A DNA stretch of 60,637 nt from an uncultured Dehalococcoidales bacterium (GTDB lineage Bacteria; Chloroflexota; Dehalococcoidia; GIF9; AB-539-J10): assembly GCA_964514415.1 (NCBI GenBank), contig CAZEQL010000002.1:1-60637 (forward strand), written 5' to 3'. Below are positions 16,937-28,124 of the stretch, piece after piece. The position numbers were made by a program, and so were the translations under genes. Below the pieces are notes generated by a model. The model did no database searches, was not told the DNA's origin, and worked only from the letters and a program-made list of their open reading frames with translations. How positions within the stretch are numbered: position 1 is the first letter of the stretch; the number at the start of each line of letters is the position of its first letter.

Positions 16937-19345
16937 ATGAGGTTCGTGAAATGGTTTGAGGAAATTGGAGCAAGAGATGTAGCCTTGGTCGGGGGTAAGA
17001 ATGCATCTCTTGGCGAGATGATAAGGAATCTAGCTAAAAATGGAGTAAACGTTCCTTCTGGATTTGCTATTACTGCTGAAGCATATAAATATTTGATAGA
17101 GAAAGCAGGCATACGCGAGAAAATCAGAGACTCCTTAGCAGGCTTGGATACGCATAATATGGAAAATTTGTCGAGCAAGGGCGCAGAGATAAGAAACCTG
17201 ATAAGAAAAGCGTGTTGCCCTGAAGAAGTGAAAGAGGAAATAAAGATTGCCTACAGGGAGATGGAAAAGAGATATGGGAAGAATGTCGATGTTGCCGTAA
17301 GAAGCAGCGCCACTGCAGAAGACTTGCCTACAGCCTCGTTTGCGGGACAGCAAACGACTTATCTGAACGTGCGAGGGGAAGAAGAATTAGTAAGGAAGGT
17401 TAGGGAATGCTTTGCATCTTTGTTCACAAACCGGGCAATATCCTACCGTGTGGATAAAGGGTTTAACCATCTCAACGTTTATCTCTCTGTGGGGGTGCAA
17501 CGGATGGTTCGCTCTGATTTAGCGTGTTCCGGTGTTATCTTTTCCATAGATACAGAATCGGGCTTCAGGGATACAGTTTATATAACCGGCGCATATGGTC
17601 TAGGGGAGAACGTCGTACAGGGGATTGTAAATCCCGACCAGTTTTATGTTTTTAAGCCTACGTTAAAGGAAGGGTTTAGACCTATTGTGGAAAAGAAAGC
17701 GGGAACGAAAGAAAAGAAATTGGTTTATAAAGGAGATGGGGCAGGAACAGAGCAAAAAAGGACCAACGTAGAAGAGCGAAGAAGGTTTGTGTTAAGCGAC
17801 GATGAGGTTCTGCTTCTTTCGAGATGGGCTTGCATTATAGAAGAACATTATGGAACACCTGTAGATATTGAATGGGCCAAGGATGGAATAACCAACGAAC
17901 TTTTTATAGTTCAAGCGAGACCAGAGACAGTGCATTCACAAGAGGACTTATCTTTGCTCAAGACTTATGTGCTTGAAGAGGAGGGGAGCTTACTGCTCAA
18001 AGGGGAAGCGGTTGGCACAAAAATAGGGCACGGTAAAGTGAATGTAATAGAACATAGTGGCAACATCCATGAATTCAAGAAGGGTGAGGTTCTGGTTACA
18101 GATATGACGGATCCCGACTGGGAACCGATAATGAAGATCGCTAGTGCTATAGTTGCGAACAAAGGTGGGAGGACATGCCACGCAGCCATAGTTAGTCGTG
18201 AGCTCGGGGTACCTTGTGTAATTGGCACTGGCATCGGGACAAAGGTCCTAAAAGATGTAGAAGAGATTACGGTAGATTGTTCTAAAGGCGAGGGTAGAAT
18301 ATATCAAGGGAATTTGAAATATAGGGTAAATGAGGTGAAAGTGGATAACCTCCCAAGACCACGCACCAAGATAATGATGAATTTGGGTATTCCAGGGGGT
18401 GCGTTTGTTCAAGGTCAAATCCCCAATGATGGTGTAGGGCTAGCCAGGGAAGAGTTCATTATCAATTCCTATATCGGTATACATCCAATGGCGCTGATAG
18501 AATATGATAAGCTGAAGAAGGCAGCAGATGAGGACAACAAAATAGCAAAAGTAATTAAGGAGATAGATAAGAAGAGCATCTTGTATAAGGATAAAGGGCA
18601 GTTTTTCATTGATAACTTAGCAATGGGAATAGCCAAAATAGCGGCGGGGTTTTATCCCAATGATGTCATCGTTCGTTTTTCTGACTTCAAGACGAATGAA
18701 TATGCAAATTTAATTGGCGGGTATCTTTACGAGCCAAAGGAAAGTAATCCAATGATAGGTTGGAGAGGAGCGTCTCGTTACTATGACCAGAATTTCAAGC
18801 CGGCATTTGGTTTAGAATGCAAGGCGATAAAGAAGGTGAGGGATGAAATGGGGTTGACAAATGTGAAGGTGATGGTTCCTTTTTGTCGGACGCCAGAAGA
18901 GGGGAGAAGGGTAATAAGCGCAATGGAAGACTTTGGCTTAAAGCAGGGGAGGAATGACTTGGAGGTATATGTAATGTGCGAGATACCGTCAAATGTGATT
19001 TTGGCGGAGGAATTTGCAAATGTGTTTGATGGATTCAGTATAGGGTCGAACGACCTAACGCAGTTAACCCTTGGTTTAGATAGAGATTCTGCCCTCGTCG
19101 CACACATATTTGACGAGAGAAACGAAGCGGTGAAAAAGCTGGTGAAACAAGTGATAGAAGCTGCACATCATCATGAACCAAAGAGGAAGATAGGGATATG
19201 TGGTCAAGCTCCGAGCGATTTCCCTGAATTTGCCGAGTTTCTGGTTGAATGCGGGATAGATTCGATGTCCTTGAACCCAGACGCAGTATTGTCAACTAGG
19301 TTAAACATAGCGGAAGTGGAAAAGAGAATAGAGGCTGAAAGGTAA
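16937..19345 (+). CDS. ppsA: Phosphoenolpyruvate synthase (pyruvate, water dikinase)
   Basis: GGRTCHAAIVSRELGVPCV phosphohistidine swivel motif, an N-terminal ATP-grasp and a C-terminal PEP-utilising domain. Confidence 0.9.
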   Translation: MRFVKWFEEIGARDVALVGGKNASLGEMIRNLAKNGVNVPSGFAITAEAYKYLIEKAGIREKIRDSLAGLDTHNMENLSSKGAEIRNLIRKACCPEEVKEEIKIAYREMEKRYGKNVDVAVRSSATAEDLPTASFAGQQTTYLNVRGEEELVRKVRECFASLFTNRAISYRVDKGFNHLNVYLSVGVQRMVRSDLACSGVIFSIDTESGFRDTVYITGAYGLGENVVQGIVNPDQFYVFKPTLKEGFRPIVEKKAGTKEKKLVYKGDGAGTEQKRTNVEERRRFVLSDDEVLLLSRWACIIEEHYGTPVDIEWAKDGITNELFIVQARPETVHSQEDLSLLKTYVLEEEGSLLLKGEAVGTKIGHGKVNVIEHSGNIHEFKKGEVLVTDMTDPDWEPIMKIASAIVANKGGRTCHAAIVSRELGVPCVIGTGIGTKVLKDVEEITVDCSKGEGRIYQGNLKYRVNEVKVDNLPRPRTKIMMNLGIPGGAFVQGQIPNDGVGLAREEFIINSYIGIHPMALIEYDKLKKAADEDNKIAKVIKEIDKKSILYKDKGQFFIDNLAMGIAKIAAGFYPNDVIVRFSDFKTNEYANLIGGYLYEPKESNPMIGWRGASRYYDQNFKPAFGLECKAIKKVRDEMGLTNVKVMVPFCRTPEEGRRVISAMEDFGLKQGRNDLEVYVMCEIPSNVILAEEFANVFDGFSIGSNDLTQLTLGLDRDSALVAHIFDERNEAVKKLVKQVIEAAHHHEPKRKIGICGQAPSDFPEFAEFLVECGIDSMSLNPDAVLSTRLNIAEVEKRIEAER

Positions 19346-19442
19346 AAAGAATGCGTGTGAGCGTATGCTGGCTACCGCGATGAGGGTACTACTTAGTTAA
19401 ACCAAGGACCCTACCCCAATTTACTGCGAATACTCTGACTCT

Positions 19443-20456
19443 ATGGTTAACGGACTTAATATACGGAAGCAGACAGAGGAGAGGGAGGAAAGCCTTTCGC
19501 CTTACGCCGTTAAGAGCAAATTCAGCCGTGGCAGGTTAAAGTGGGAAGAACCATGCCCTATAAGAACTTGTTTTCAGCGTGACCGTGACCGCGTCATTCA
19601 TTGCAAGGCCTTCCGCCGACTGAAGCATAAAACGCAGGTTTTCATCGCTCCTTTAGGCGACCACTATATGACCAGGCTTACTCATACGCTAGAGGTATCT
19701 CAAATCGCTCGAACCATATCCCGCGCTCTAAACCTTAATGAAGATTTAACCGAGGCTATCGCATTAGGACATGATTTAGGACACACTCCTTTTGGTCATA
19801 TAGGCGAGGAGGTTTTAAATGAACTATACCCTGGTGGCTTCAGGCATAATGAGCAAAGTTTACGAGTAGTTGATTTATTGGAAAAAGAGGGGCAGGGACT
19901 CAACCTTACCTGGGAATCGCGGGATGGCATCCTCAAGCATTCCAAGGGGCAAACTGAGATCCTGGGAGAAGGATGGGAAAATGTTGGTACTCTGGAGGGG
20001 CAGGTGTGCAAAATAGCAGATGTTGCGGCTTATATTAACCATGATATTGATGACGCTATAAGAGCTGGTATAGCCAGCGAAAATGATTTGCCTAAACCAG
20101 TAATAACAATTTTGGGGGCTACGCGCTCCCAAAGAATTAATACCCTAGTTTGTGACATCGTATACTGCTCCTGGCAAAAACCAATTGTTGGCATGAGCCC
20201 AGAGATCCTCAAAGTAACTAACACCCTGCGCCAGTTTCTGTTTGAGAGAGTATATAATCCTAGTCTAGCCACCAAAGAAGCAACTGAGGCAAGGGAAGTA
20301 GTGCGTCTTTTATATTTTTATTTCTTGAGACATGAGGATAAATTACCCCAAGAATTCGTTTCTCTAGATGATAGTAAGGAGCGCAGAATCACTGATTACA
20401 TTGCTGGAATGACTGACCAATATGCATTGCAGTTAGCCGGGGGAATATCCAAATGA
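19443..20456 (+). CDS. dgt: dGTPase-like HD-domain dNTP triphosphohydrolase
   Basis: RLTHTLEVSQIAR...GHDLGHTPFGH. It sits upstream of dnaG, as in many macromolecular-synthesis operons. Confidence 0.85.
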   Translation: MVNGLNIRKQTEEREESLSPYAVKSKFSRGRLKWEEPCPIRTCFQRDRDRVIHCKAFRRLKHKTQVFIAPLGDHYMTRLTHTLEVSQIARTISRALNLNEDLTEAIALGHDLGHTPFGHIGEEVLNELYPGGFRHNEQSLRVVDLLEKEGQGLNLTWESRDGILKHSKGQTEILGEGWENVGTLEGQVCKIADVAAYINHDIDDAIRAGIASENDLPKPVITILGATRSQRINTLVCDIVYCSWQKPIVGMSPEILKVTNTLRQFLFERVYNPSLATKEATEAREVVRLLYFYFLRHEDKLPQEFVSLDDSKERRITDYIAGMTDQYALQLAGGISK

Positions 20457-22243
20457 GCATAATCTCCGAAGTAAAGCAAAGGGTGGATATTGTAGATCTC
20501 GTTTCTGAGTATGTTACTCTGCAAAAAGCAGGACGTAATTTCAAAGGTTTATGTCCCTTTCATAGTGAGCAACATCCCTCCTTTTTCGTTTTCCCCGAGC
20601 AACAGACCTGGCATTGCTTCGGTGCTTGCGGCACTGGCGGTGACGTTTTCTCCTTCCTTATGAAAAAGGAGGGAGTTGACTTTGGTGAAGCTTTCCGTCG
20701 CTTAGCTCAAAGGGCAGGTATAACCCTAGGGCCACCTGAAATGGCGGATAAAGCCAAAGATAAAGAAAAGGAGAGATTATTCCAGCTTAACGAAGCAGCA
20801 GCTCAATATTATAACCACCTGCTTATAAATACCCACATTGGTGAGGAAGCTAGAGGCTATCTTGCCAAGAGAAAGATTACACTTGAGACTATCAAGGAGT
20901 TCAGCCTGGGCTTCGGCCCTGATAGCTGGGAAACAGTTAAGCAATATTTAATGCACAAAGGCTATGAGGAAAAGGAATTAGTGGAAGCTGGTCTGACAAT
21001 AGAGAAGGAGGGCGGGAATAGCTACGACCGATTTCGTAATCGGCTGATATTCCCTATATGTGATATCCAGGGTCGAGTTACTGGCTTCGGAGCTAGAGTA
21101 CTAGATAATTCCTTACCCAAATATATTAACTCACCTCAAACACCTGCCTTTGATAAAAGTAGCAGTTTATATGGCATTAACAAGGCCATATCCCACATTA
21201 GGGAAAAAAACTTGGTAATACTCGTAGAAGGCTATATGGACGTTCTTCTAACCCATCAACATGGTTGGCAAAATGTGGTTGCTTCAATGGGAACCTCTAT
21301 AACCGAAAAACAGATGGGTATTATTAAAAGGCTAACTAAGAACATCTCTTTAGCACTTGATGCCGATGCTGCCGGAGAAGAAGCTACTTTACGAGGGGTA
21401 GAGGTATTAGCTCCTTTCTTAGACAAAGCCGAGATAAAAGTTGTGTCTTTGCCCCAAGGCAAAGACCCGGACGAAGTAGTAAACGAGAATCCCGCCTTGT
21501 GGCAAACTCTGGTGGAACAAGCTCAGCCCATATTAGATTTCGCCTTCGAGGCCGTGCTAAGCAAGGTCGATGCCAATAAAGCCAAAGACAAGTCTATAGC
21601 CGCACAAAAACTTCTGTCTTTAGTTACTAAAATTAAAGACCCCATATGGCAAACCCATTATATACAAAAACTGGCACGCCTATTAAAACTCAATGAATCT
21701 GACTTGGTAGCCAGTATGCCAAAATCACAAGCCAGTAAAAGGAAATACCAATCAAGTGAAGCCATAAAACAAGCTCGCTTTGCTCACCTTCTTGTGTCCA
21801 GCCCTGTTGAAGAATATTGTTTGGCTTTGCTACTCCAATACCCAGAGCTTCGTCAGACAACTCAAGAATTGTCGCTAGAACACTTCGCTCATACTGAGAA
21901 TCGCGAGGTTTTTGCCAAATGGCAACACTCTCCAGATATTTCCAATCTTCAAAACAAACTTGACGCCAACTTACTAGAACATTTAAACTATTTATTGGAT
22001 AAATCTTTCCCGCCAGCCATACGAAAAAATGACAGGGAACGACAACTCGCTTTGAGTGATTGTGTCCTTCGATTGCAAGAGAGGTTATCAAGGAAGTTAG
22101 AGGCCACAAAAGAGTTAATGTTCGATCTCACCAGAGAGAAGGAAGGTATAAATGCTGAGCTAGCTAAACTAGAAGAGGAGGGAATAAGTTCTAGTCAGCA
22201 GCTTCACGAAATCTTTGTCAAGAGGACAAAAGGATTTAAATAA
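20453..22243 (+). CDS. dnaG: DNA primase
   Basis: [11 protein letters not shown] zinc finger and EGYMDV TOPRIM motif. Its start overlaps the dgt stop (ATGA). Confidence 0.9.
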   Translation: MSIISEVKQRVDIVDLVSEYVTLQKAGRNFKGLCPFHSEQHPSFFVFPEQQTWHCFGACGTGGDVFSFLMKKEGVDFGEAFRRLAQRAGITLGPPEMADKAKDKEKERLFQLNEAAAQYYNHLLINTHIGEEARGYLAKRKITLETIKEFSLGFGPDSWETVKQYLMHKGYEEKELVEAGLTIEKEGGNSYDRFRNRLIFPICDIQGRVTGFGARVLDNSLPKYINSPQTPAFDKSSSLYGINKAISHIREKNLVILVEGYMDVLLTHQHGWQNVVASMGTSITEKQMGIIKRLTKNISLALDADAAGEEATLRGVEVLAPFLDKAEIKVVSLPQGKDPDEVVNENPALWQTLVEQAQPILDFAFEAVLSKVDANKAKDKSIAAQKLLSLVTKIKDPIWQTHYIQKLARLLKLNESDLVASMPKSQASKRKYQSSEAIKQARFAHLLVSSPVEEYCLALLLQYPELRQTTQELSLEHFAHTENREVFAKWQHSPDISNLQNKLDANLLEHLNYLLDKSFPPAIRKNDRERQLALSDCVLRLQERLSRKLEATKELMFDLTREKEGINAELAKLEEEGISSSQQLHEIFVKRTKGFK

Positions 22244-23712
22244 TGGATTCAGTTAAGAAGGAAACTCTCAACCTAGATAATAATGATGAGGAATTGGCGA
22301 AAGACTTCCTCGGCGATGAGGTCGAAACCGAAGAGGATGTTACTGCTCTAGCTGAGAGAAAAACAGGAGAGGATACGGACGAACATCTTCCTGAAGAAGC
22401 TAAGCCACAAATAGGGCTAGAAGAACATGAAATAATTGATGACTCAGCTCGCATGTATCTACAAGAAATTGGCAGGGTGACGCTTCTCAAAGTTGCTGAA
22501 GAAAGGCTGCTATCCAGCAAGGTAGAACAGGGCAGATATTTAGAAAAAATTGAAGATACGTACTTCAAGAAACACAAGAGTTTTCCCTCAGCGGTTGACA
22601 TGGTTATCTACTTACTCTCTTATTTATTTAAGACTTATCCCTTTGTTCAGGCTATCGAAGAATGCTTAGATATCGATGTTTCCTGCAGCATGGTGGAGAC
22701 AATTACAAATCCCAAATTCCGCGCTGCCCTCGATGATGTTTCAGACCCAGCATTAATAACTGCGCTTGCCCAAAAAACACTCAAGGAAACGGGTGTAACG
22801 GAGGAAGCCATAGTAAATCTTTCCTTAACCAGCAATCTTTTACCTCCGCAATTGCTAGTTCTTATTGGAGATAAAACTTCCTGGGAGGAAATAAGGTCTC
22901 TCCTGACCAGCAATGAATTCCTGTCTCAACTTAATTCCCACAACACTCAATTTAAAGCTCACTTTGAAAAGGTGAAAGGTGCAGCGGAAAAAGCAGGGGA
23001 AAAACTTACTGAGACAAACCTGCGCCTAGTGGTTAGCATAGCCAAGAAATACATTGGACACGGCATATCCCTTCTTGACCTTGTCCAAGAAGGGAATATT
23101 GGACTCATCCGCGCTGTAGACAAGTTTCAATACAGAAAAGGTTACAAGTTCAGTACTTATGCTACTTGGTGGATCAGACAAGGAATCACTCGATCTATAG
23201 CTGACCAATCCCGCACTATTCGCATTCCGGTACACATGGTAGAAACAATTAACAAATTACTCCGAACAACACGACAGTTGACTCAAGAAAAGGGGCGTGA
23301 ACCAAGCCACGAAGAAATTGGAAATCGCTTAAACATAAGCGCAGAGAGGGTAGAGGAAATCTTGGACTTGTTTTTTCACGAGCCTATGTCTTTAGAGACG
23401 CCTGTTGGCGAAGATGCGAACAGCCGCTTAGGTGACTTCGTTGAAGATCACACCAGTTTAGCGCCAACCGAAGCTGCCTCACAGCAGCTACTCAAAGAGC
23501 AAATAGATAGAGTGCTTGACGAGCTTGGCGAGCGAGAGAAAAGGGTATTACAGCTCAGATTTGGTCTCAAAGATGGACGTGCTCGAACGCTGGAAGAGGT
23601 AGGCAAGGAATTCAACGTAACTCGTGAGAGAATACGGCAAATTGAAGCCAAAGCTCTACGCAAGCTACGCCATCCCACCCGCAGTCGGAAACTCAGGGAT
23701 TACTTAGACTGA
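22243..23712 (+). CDS. rpoD: Primary RNA polymerase sigma factor (RpoD/SigA) with an acidic N-terminal extension
   Basis: [17 protein letters not shown] (region 2.4) and the region 4 [23 protein letters not shown]. Confidence 0.9.
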   Translation: MDSVKKETLNLDNNDEELAKDFLGDEVETEEDVTALAERKTGEDTDEHLPEEAKPQIGLEEHEIIDDSARMYLQEIGRVTLLKVAEERLLSSKVEQGRYLEKIEDTYFKKHKSFPSAVDMVIYLLSYLFKTYPFVQAIEECLDIDVSCSMVETITNPKFRAALDDVSDPALITALAQKTLKETGVTEEAIVNLSLTSNLLPPQLLVLIGDKTSWEEIRSLLTSNEFLSQLNSHNTQFKAHFEKVKGAAEKAGEKLTETNLRLVVSIAKKYIGHGISLLDLVQEGNIGLIRAVDKFQYRKGYKFSTYATWWIRQGITRSIADQSRTIRIPVHMVETINKLLRTTRQLTQEKGREPSHEEIGNRLNISAERVEEILDLFFHEPMSLETPVGEDANSRLGDFVEDHTSLAPTEAASQQLLKEQIDRVLDELGEREKRVLQLRFGLKDGRARTLEEVGKEFNVTRERIRQIEAKALRKLRHPTRSRKLRDYLD

Positions 23713-23714
23713 TT

Positions 23715-25070
23715 TTACTTGAAAGGAATATTAAACATATTCATCATATTCCTAGGTAACTTGTTCCCAGGTAACTTGCCTCGCGTTAGTGATTTGGTCA
23801 ATTTCTGTACCTGGTAAAATTGATTAGTGAGTTGATTAACATCTCTGGGTGTAGTACCACTCCCTAGAGCAATACGGCGCCGTCGGCTTCCATCGATAAT
23901 AGCTGGATTGTGTCGTTCTTCAGAAGTCATAGACAAGATGATAGCTTCCACCCTTTTTAATCGTTTCTCTTCTTCACCATCAGGGAGAGAAGAGGCAACC
24001 TTAGAGAAGCCTGGTATCATCTCAACTAACTGACCTAAAGTACCCATCTTGTGAATTTGACGCATTTGGCTGAGAAAATCTTCAAGGTCGAAACCCGTAG
24101 CGCGCATTTTTCTTTCCAAATTTTTAGCCTGTTGCTGATCAAAAACTTTCTCAGTTCGCTCAATGAAAGTGAGCATATCTCCCATCCCCAAAATGCGAGA
24201 TGCTAAACGATCGGGATGGAAAGGTTCTAATGCGTCTATCTTCTCACCTATGCCCATAAACTTTACAGGTAACCCGGTAACAAACCTAATAGAAAGAGCA
24301 GCTCCACCCCTGGCATCGCCATCCATTTTCGTCAGGATAAGCCCAGTGAGTCCAACTCGGCCGTGGAATTCCTGGGCTACTCTTACCGCATCCTGTCCAG
24401 TCATAGCATCCACCGTAAGCAACACCTCTGAAGGCTGTAGCATGGCTTTAATATCATCTAATTCCGTCATCATAACTTCATCAATATGCAAGCGTCCTTG
24501 CGTATCTACTATGACCCAGGTTAACGCCGCTTCTTCAGCTTCCTTCAGAGCATGCTGACAAATGATGACTGGGGATACTTTATCATCCTCACTATATACG
24601 GGTATATCTTGCTGTTTACCCAGTAATTTAAGTTGTTCTATGGCAGCAGGTCGGCGGGTATCAGCAGCTACCAATAATGGGCTCTGCCCCATCCGTTTAA
24701 GTTGCGCCGCTAATTTAACTGCCGTAGTGGTTTTCCCAGAGCCTTGCAATCCCACAAGCAAAACAACCGAAGGCGGGTGAAGGGCTGAAGCTAAACAGTT
24801 AGGCTCCTTACCTAAGATAGAGATTAACTCTTCGTTGACAATCTTAATAACTTGCTGAGCCGGTGTTATGCTGTGCAATACTTCAGAGCCAAGGACACGC
24901 TCCTTTACCCTGGACAAAAATTCCTTAACCACCTTAAAATTTACATCTGCTTCCAAAAGTGCTAATCGCACTTGGCGTAGAGCTTCATCAATGTCCTTTT
25001 CATTAAGCTTACCCTTCCCGCCAAGCTTATCGAATACCTTAGTTAACTTTTGGGTTAAGACTTCTAACAT
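23715..25070 (-). CDS. ffh: Signal recognition particle protein Ffh
   Basis: GLQGSGKTTT and DTAGR-like (DTQGRL) motifs, plus a Met-rich M domain. Confidence 0.95.
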   Translation of the reverse strand: MLEVLTQKLTKVFDKLGGKGKLNEKDIDEALRQVRLALLEADVNFKVVKEFLSRVKERVLGSEVLHSITPAQQVIKIVNEELISILGKEPNCLASALHPPSVVLLVGLQGSGKTTTAVKLAAQLKRMGQSPLLVAADTRRPAAIEQLKLLGKQQDIPVYSEDDKVSPVIICQHALKEAEEAALTWVIVDTQGRLHIDEVMMTELDDIKAMLQPSEVLLTVDAMTGQDAVRVAQEFHGRVGLTGLILTKMDGDARGGAALSIRFVTGLPVKFMGIGEKIDALEPFHPDRLASRILGMGDMLTFIERTEKVFDQQQAKNLERKMRATGFDLEDFLSQMRQIHKMGTLGQLVEMIPGFSKVASSLPDGEEEKRLKRVEAIILSMTSEERHNPAIIDGSRRRRIALGSGTTPRDVNQLTNQFYQVQKLTKSLTRGKLPGNKLPRNMMNMFNIPFK

Positions 25071-25206
25071 GGCTATTACACAGCATTTTATTTCTAACTA
25101 CTCCCAATAGTCAACTTCTCCCAATGGGTTAAATTTATGGCGCTGATGGCAATGTCGGTGCGCCATTGCCTTTGATATAGAGACAAGCTAATATTAAGGC
25201 GAGATA

Positions 25207-25683
25207 ATGGAACAACTCTGGGCACCATGGCGAATAAAATATATAGAGTCTCCAAAAGAAAACGGATGCATACTTTGTCAAAAACCTAGAGAAAATAACG
25301 ATGAGGCAAACTTTATTCTTTACCGTGGCCAACACAACTTCATAATCTTGAACGCTTTCCCCTATAATCCAGGGCATTTAATGGTGGCTCCTTACCAACA
25401 TACAGCAAATTTACAGGACTTAACAGATGACGAAGGAAAGGAGCATTTCGATATTGTCAGAAAATGTCTGACGCTTTTGAAAGAAACATTGAATCCAGAT
25501 GGCTTCAATGTGGGATTAAATCTAGGCAGAGTTGCTGGGGCTGGAATAGAAGGTCATCTCCATACCCACATAGTGCCCAGATGGCAAGGTGATACTAATT
25601 TTATGCCTGTATTATCTGATACCAGGGTTATATCAATAGAGCTAGCCGCCACGTATAAAAGACTAAAGGATGCTATGGTTTAA
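25207..25683 (+). CDS. HIT-family nucleotide hydrolase/transferase
   Basis: GHLHTHIVPR histidine triad. Confidence 0.85.
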   Translation: MEQLWAPWRIKYIESPKENGCILCQKPRENNDEANFILYRGQHNFIILNAFPYNPGHLMVAPYQHTANLQDLTDDEGKEHFDIVRKCLTLLKETLNPDGFNVGLNLGRVAGAGIEGHLHTHIVPRWQGDTNFMPVLSDTRVISIELAATYKRLKDAMV

Positions 25684-26499
25684 TTGTTCTGCTTCAGGAT
25701 AGGAGCCGAGTATTTTAACGAAAGTAGCTTCTCGCTGCAGTTCCTTTATAGACTCCTGGTACATTTCACCATTTATGTGCCCTTCAAAATCAGTGTAAAA
25801 AACATACTCCCAGGGCTTGCTTTTGCTCGGTCTGGATTCTAATTTCGTCAGGTTTATATTTCTAGTGGCGAAGATGCCCAAGATGGTATATAAAGCACCA
25901 GGCACATTTTTAGTGGCAAAAACAAGGGAGGTTTTGCTTCTCTTAACTGGCTTTGCTTTTTGCTTAGAAATAGCAAAAAACCTAGTATAATTATTAACAT
26001 TAGTCTCAATCTTTGGTACCAAAATCTCCAGACCATAAATATTAGCAGCCCTCTCATTAGCTATAGCAGCACCTCCCTTTAACTGCGTCTCCTTTATCAT
26101 TTTGGCGCTACCTGCGGTATCATAGCCGGGCATAACTTCAACTTTCAATTTGCTTAAGAATTCCTCACACTGAGCCAGCGCTTGAGGGTGGGAATAAATC
26201 GTTCTTACATCAGCCAACTTTTCTCCAGGTAAAGCCATCAAGCAATGGCTTACCCTCAGAATAACCTCAGCAAAGATATTGAGAGAATATGTTAATAACA
26301 AATCATATGTCTCATTGATGCTGCCAGCTTGAGAGTTCTCCACAGGCACCACACCAAAACTAGCTTTGTCCTCCAATACAGCTTGGAAAACATCTCGGAG
26401 GCGAATACAAGGCAAAAAATCAATATCCCCACCAAAAAGCTTTATAGCGGCATCCTCACTAAAAGCGCCTCTTTCCCCCTGAAAAGCAATCTTTACCAT
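25663..26499 (-). CDS. pheA: Prephenate dehydratase with a C-terminal ACT domain
   Basis: IAFQGERGAFSEDA...TRF...ESRP pattern. Confidence 0.85.
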   Translation of the reverse strand: MVKIAFQGERGAFSEDAAIKLFGGDIDFLPCIRLRDVFQAVLEDKASFGVVPVENSQAGSINETYDLLLTYSLNIFAEVILRVSHCLMALPGEKLADVRTIYSHPQALAQCEEFLSKLKVEVMPGYDTAGSAKMIKETQLKGGAAIANERAANIYGLEILVPKIETNVNNYTRFFAISKQKAKPVKRSKTSLVFATKNVPGALYTILGIFATRNINLTKLESRPSKSKPWEYVFYTDFEGHINGEMYQESIKELQREATFVKILGSYPEAEQLNHSIL

Positions 26500-26585
26500 G
26501 GCTTACCTAAGTATAGCTTGAACTGTTTCCATATTTCCACTTTGACCGTTCACCTTGGTGTCCTACTGAGGAGCCTTTCACCATT

Positions 26586-26696
26586 GTTATTCTGAGCGTA
26601 GCGAAGAATCTCATACAGTTCTGGGTAAACTCCGCTGACGAAGCATCTCTGAGACCCTTCGTTTCACTCAGGGTGACATAGGAAGTGGCTGAACAC
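26586..26696. repeat. REP/MITE-like imperfect palindromic intergenic element, copy 1
   Basis: The 5' end GTTATTCTGAGCGTAGCGAAGAATCTC and 3' end CTCAGGGTGACATAGGAAGTGGCTGAACACT are shared with 30251-30332. Its arms CTGAGCGTAGCGAAGAATCTC and GAGACCCTTCGTTTCACTCAG are imperfectly complementary. Confidence 0.7.
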
Positions 26697-26702
26697 TAAA
26701 GT

Positions 26703-28124
26703 TTACCTTCTCCAAAAGTAAGGTGAGAATATCATGAAAACAGTAAATAATTCCAATCTTCCCAACCACATACAAATAATTAAAAGGAGCTTCCCTGCTC
26801 CAGGAAGCCAGGCATAATTCAAGGCAGGACCTACTCCACCTAAACCAGGTCCTACATTTCCTAAAGTAGCAACTGCTGCTGAGATCGACGTTTCCAAATC
26901 AAGTCCTAAAAACCCGAGTATTATGGAAGCTACAACCATAACAAGCAGGTAAAGAAAGATAAAAGAGATTATATCTCGAATTATTCCCTCGGAGAGCGGT
27001 TTTTGGTTATATTTCACCGGAATCACAGCTTTTGGGGAAACAGCCTTTCTCATCATCACTCTGCTTTGTTTCAGCAAAGTTAAAGCTCGCACTACTTTCA
27101 TTGCCCCTCCAGTAGAACCACCACAGCCTCCAATAAGCATTAAGGTTAAAAGCACCATTATGGCACCTGAATGCCACGAGCTGAAATCGCAAGTGACAAA
27201 ACCAGTGGTAGTCATGGCCGAAATCGTCTGGAAGAGCCCATATCTAAACGAGCCAACCCCTTGAGAAAAAATTACTAGAGAAGCAGCTACCACTAAAATA
27301 ATTAAGTAAAGCCTAAATTCCTCATCTTTAATTATTTTGAACTTTCCCCTTAAAAAAACTTGGTAATGGATTACGAAGTTTATGCCTGCTAAAAACATAA
27401 AGGCCATGATAATATATTCCGCTAAGGGATTAGCGTAGGCTCCAATGCTTCCCGTAGTAGGGGTAAATCCGCCAGTAGGGAGAGTGCAGAGGGAGATACA
27501 AATTGAATCAAAGAGTTTAAGCTTAGCCAGGAAATAGAGGAGCGCTATCTCAGCAACAGTGAAAGCCACGTAAATCGTCCAGAGAAGTCGTGCCATAGCT
27601 CCGACTCTAGGACGAAGTCTTTCAGGCAAAGGACCAGGGAATTCCCTTTCGAAGAGCTGAGAGCCTCCCACTCCCAACCTTGGCAAGACGGCAATAAATA
27701 ACACTACCACCCCCATCCCGCCTAGCCACTGAGTAAGACTGCGCCATAAAAGTACACTCTTAGGTAATTCTTCTACTCTTTGCACTATGGTGGCCCCAGT
27801 AGTGGTAAACCCAGACATGGCTTCAAAAAAGGCATCGAGGAAATTCCATCCCAAAAACATGTAGCAAGCGGCACCAAGAAGCGGCACAAAGAGCCATGTG
27901 AAAGAGACTATGGTAAACGCATCGGCACGTTCTATTTCTCGTGTGGTTTTAAATCCAAACTCAAAAAATAGCCCTACAGCTAAGGTGAGCAGTAGAGAAT
28001 ACAAGAAAATACGCCAGTCCTCACCATAATAAAAAGCAACAACTAGCGGGACAATGTAACCTAAAGCGAGGTATTTTAGGATTGACCCAACGACATGTAG
28101 GGTTAACCTTGCCCTTTGAACCAT
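26703..28124 (-). CDS. trkH: TrkH/KtrB-family potassium transporter membrane subunit
   Basis: A multi-TM protein with repeated pore-loop GGxxG-like segments (TTTGAT, PTGGFT, TTTGFV, LGNVGPG). Confidence 0.85.
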   Translation of the reverse strand: MVQRARLTLHVVGSILKYLALGYIVPLVVAFYYGEDWRIFLYSLLLTLAVGLFFEFGFKTTREIERADAFTIVSFTWLFVPLLGAACYMFLGWNFLDAFFEAMSGFTTTGATIVQRVEELPKSVLLWRSLTQWLGGMGVVVLFIAVLPRLGVGGSQLFEREFPGPLPERLRPRVGAMARLLWTIYVAFTVAEIALLYFLAKLKLFDSICISLCTLPTGGFTPTTGSIGAYANPLAEYIIMAFMFLAGINFVIHYQVFLRGKFKIIKDEEFRLYLIILVVAASLVIFSQGVGSFRYGLFQTISAMTTTGFVTCDFSSWHSGAIMVLLTLMLIGGCGGSTGGAMKVVRALTLLKQSRVMMRKAVSPKAVIPVKYNQKPLSEGIIRDIISFIFLYLLVMVVASIILGFLGLDLETSISAAVATLGNVGPGLGGVGPALNYAWLPGAGKLLLIICMWLGRLELFTVFMIFSPYFWRR

